Shown here piece after piece: positions 1-231 of a DNA stretch of 231 bases. The DNA comes from Escherichia coli (lineage in GTDB: Bacteria; Pseudomonadota; Gammaproteobacteria; Enterobacterales; Enterobacteriaceae), in assembly GCF_003334785.1 (NCBI RefSeq), contig NZ_QOWV01000094.1. One strand, written 5' to 3'. A program made the position numbers and the translations under genes. The notes under the pieces are model-generated. The model searched no databases. It was given only the letters and a program-made list of their open reading frames with translations, and was not told the DNA's origin. Within the stretch, counting starts at the first letter, position 1; every line of letters starts with the position of its first letter.

Positions 1-15
1 ATTTTCCCGTTAACA

Positions 16-41
16 CGCGGGCAAGTAATCCGGGGCCCGCG
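16..41. repeat. GC-rich inverted repeat / stem-loop: CGCGGGC (16-22) pairs with GCCCGCG (35-41), 12-nt loop aagtaatccggg
   Basis: Seven consecutive G:C pairs verified base by base. Lies 10 nt downstream of the minus-strand small-ORF stop codon. Not followed by a U-tract on either strand, so it is not a canonical intrinsic terminator. Confidence 0.45.
26..41. repeat. copy 1 of a ~15-nt direct repeat motif TAATCCGGGGCCCGCG (minus-strand reading CGCGGGCCCCGGATTA)
   Basis: First 8 nt (TAATCCGG) are identical to copy 2 at 141-148; the GC-rich remainder matches with 1-2 indels. Spans the loop and 3' arm of the 16-41 hairpin. Confidence 0.4.
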
Positions 42-51
42 ATACCACGCT

Positions 52-129
52 CTATCGGGCGGGACGGCGCCGGTGCTCAGAGAGCAGCCTTTCCAGCTCA
101 GCGATGCGAATGAGGTATTTCTGACTCAT
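52..129 (-). CDS. small ORF, 25 aa hypothetical peptide MSQKYLIRIAELERLLSEHRRRPAR (ATG at plus 127-129, TAG at plus 52-54)
   Basis: ATG-initiated ORF in the same minus frame as the upstream ORF. GC by codon position across 52-129 is about 65/42/69%. The N-terminal 13 codons use common enteric codons and read like an amphipathic helix. The C-terminal tail uses rare codons (AGG, CGG, CCC, CGA) and an amber stop, and no Shine-Dalgarno is visible upstream (aaaaacggccATG), so it may be a fortuitous ORF or a gene remnant. Confidence 0.3.
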   Translation of the reverse strand: MSQKYLIRIAELERLLSEHRRRPAR

Positions 130-138
130 GGCCGTTTT

Positions 139-144
139 TATAAT
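139..144 (+). promoter_or_regulatory. perfect TATAAT hexamer on the plus strand with no convincing -35 partner
   Basis: Plus 139-144 reads TATAAT. At 15-18 bp spacing the upstream hexamers (tatttc, atttct, ttctga) match TTGACA at 3/6 or less, and no TG extended -10 is present (ttt precedes). It is the reverse complement of the AT-rich stretch used for the minus-strand call, so the two are not independent. Confidence 0.15.
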
Positions 145-155
145 CCGGCCCGGCG
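141..155. repeat. copy 2 of the direct repeat motif TAATCCGGCCCGGCG (minus-strand reading CGCCGGGCCGGATTA)
   Basis: See copy 1. Spans the loop and 3' arm of the 130-150 hairpin and lies 4 nt from the TAA stop of the upstream minus-strand ORF. Confidence 0.4.
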
Positions 156-159
156 TTTT

Positions 160-231
160 TTACAACATTGTCAGTGCGTTAAGGCGGGATGTTTTTGGCT
201 GACGCCAGTCCAGCTTATCGAGGAGCATTGC
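160..231 (-). CDS. 3' end of an ORF of unknown function (5' part lies beyond the window edge); C-terminal residues ...AMLLDKLDWRQPKTSRLNALTML, stop TAA at 160-162
   Basis: Minus-strand frame open from position 231 to TAA (plus 160-162). No Cys and no very rare codons. GC by codon position across 160-231 is about 54/38/58% (pos1/pos2/pos3), a coding-like pattern for this frame pair. An in-frame ATG at plus 226-228 means the ORF could instead start inside the window as a 22-aa peptide; this cannot be resolved without upstream sequence. Confidence 0.4.
   Translation of the reverse strand, partial: AMLLDKLDWRQPKTSRLNALTML

Larger units (their letters stand above)
130..161. other. short stem-loop GGCCG (130-134) / CGGCC (146-150) with 11-nt AT-rich loop, followed after 5 nt by T6 (156-161)
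   Basis: Five G:C pairs read directly. On the plus strand it resembles a weak terminator, but the U-run is offset from the stem by CGGCG. On the minus strand the 3' arm of the stem abuts the small-ORF ATG, where it could occlude the initiation region. Confidence 0.25.
137..165 (-). promoter_or_regulatory. candidate sigma70-type promoter on minus strand: -35 TTGTAA (plus 160-165), 17-bp spacer, -10 TATAAA (plus 137-142); predicted transcript start at or within a few nt of the small-ORF ATG
   Basis: Hexamers read directly from the sequence: 4/6 match to TTGACA and 5/6 to TATAAT with consensus 17-bp spacing. Only 7 nt separate the -10 from the ATG at plus 129, implying a leaderless or very short-leader mRNA. 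The -35 overlaps the last Leu codon and TAA stop of the upstream ORF. Confidence 0.2.

Noticed and set aside
1-16. GTG at plus 14-16 (minus strand) as the start of a further minus-strand gene leaving the window, and the GTTAAC palindrome at 9-14
   Set aside because: Only about 5 codons are in the window, there is no Shine-Dalgarno, and no periodicity signal is detectable in 1-51; the 6-bp palindrome is expected by chance.
16-41. Intrinsic terminator for the minus-strand small ORF
   Set aside because: The 7-bp G:C stem is strong, but the 12-nt loop is long and the downstream minus-strand sequence (uguuaacggg) is not a U-tract, so termination function cannot be claimed from sequence.
141-155. 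REP (repetitive extragenic palindromic) element, suggested by the minus-strand GCCGGAT start
   Set aside because: Similarity is limited to about 7 nt; the remainder of the ~35-nt REP consensus and its characteristic imperfect palindrome are absent.
130-161. Rho-independent terminator for a plus-strand transcript (hairpin 130-150 followed by T6 at 156-161)
   Set aside because: The stem is only 5 bp with an 11-nt loop and the U-tract is separated from the stem by 5 nt (CGGCG). No convincing plus-strand gene ends immediately upstream. Kept as a low-confidence structural feature only.
128-202. Plus-strand 24-codon ORF (ATG 128 to TGA 200-202, MAVFIIRPGVFYNIVSALRRDVFG)
   Set aside because: It runs through the AT-rich hairpin and T-tract spacer, the nearest Shine-Dalgarno-like GAGG is 12 nt upstream (too far), and it is out of phase with the codon-position GC signal; most likely a chance ORF.
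170-203. Inverted repeat GTCAG (170-174) / CTGAC (199-203) as a possible sRNA terminator or operator
   Set aside because: Only 5 bp with a 24-nt spacer, lying inside the favoured coding region; consistent with chance.
1-231. Plus-strand frame 1 has no stop codon across the entire window (77 codons), with an in-frame GTG at 73-75
   Set aside because: It is the codon-aligned antisense frame of the favoured minus-strand frame, which is commonly open as a shadow of real genes. Its translation is rich in Cys, His, Trp and Phe, uses many rare codons (tta, cta, cga, aga, cgg, ggg, gga) and has no ATG. It cannot be excluded without homology search.
189-231. Plus-strand ORF starting at ATG 189 preceded by aaggcggg (Shine-Dalgarno-like), reading out of the window, potentially driven by the TATAAT at 139-144
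   Set aside because: Its third codon positions have the lowest GC of the three phases (about 38%) in a ~55% GC sequence, it contains rare CGA and GGA codons within 14 codons, and it overlaps the better-supported minus-strand ORF. It remains a plausible alternative model (divergent gene pair).

Overview
231-bp window, about 55% GC, with one short AT-rich stretch (about 135-170) between GC-rich flanks. Hand translation of all six frames plus GC-by-codon-position counts favour minus-strand coding in a single frame: (i) the 3' end of an ORF entering from beyond position 231 and stopping at TAA (160-162), and (ii) a 25-codon ORF (129->52, MSQKYLIRIAELERLLSEHRRRPAR) with no recognisable Shine-Dalgarno but a possible sigma70-like promoter placing the transcript start at or next to its ATG. 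Each minus-strand stop codon is followed within 4-10 nt by a copy of a ~15-nt GC-rich motif (plus-strand TAATCCGG..CCCG.CG) embedded in a G:C hairpin. I do not recognise either ORF as a known gene, and found no tRNA, rRNA, CRISPR or mobile-element signatures. Nothing here can be called a novel system from 231 bp; all calls are from the sequence alone and are tentative.
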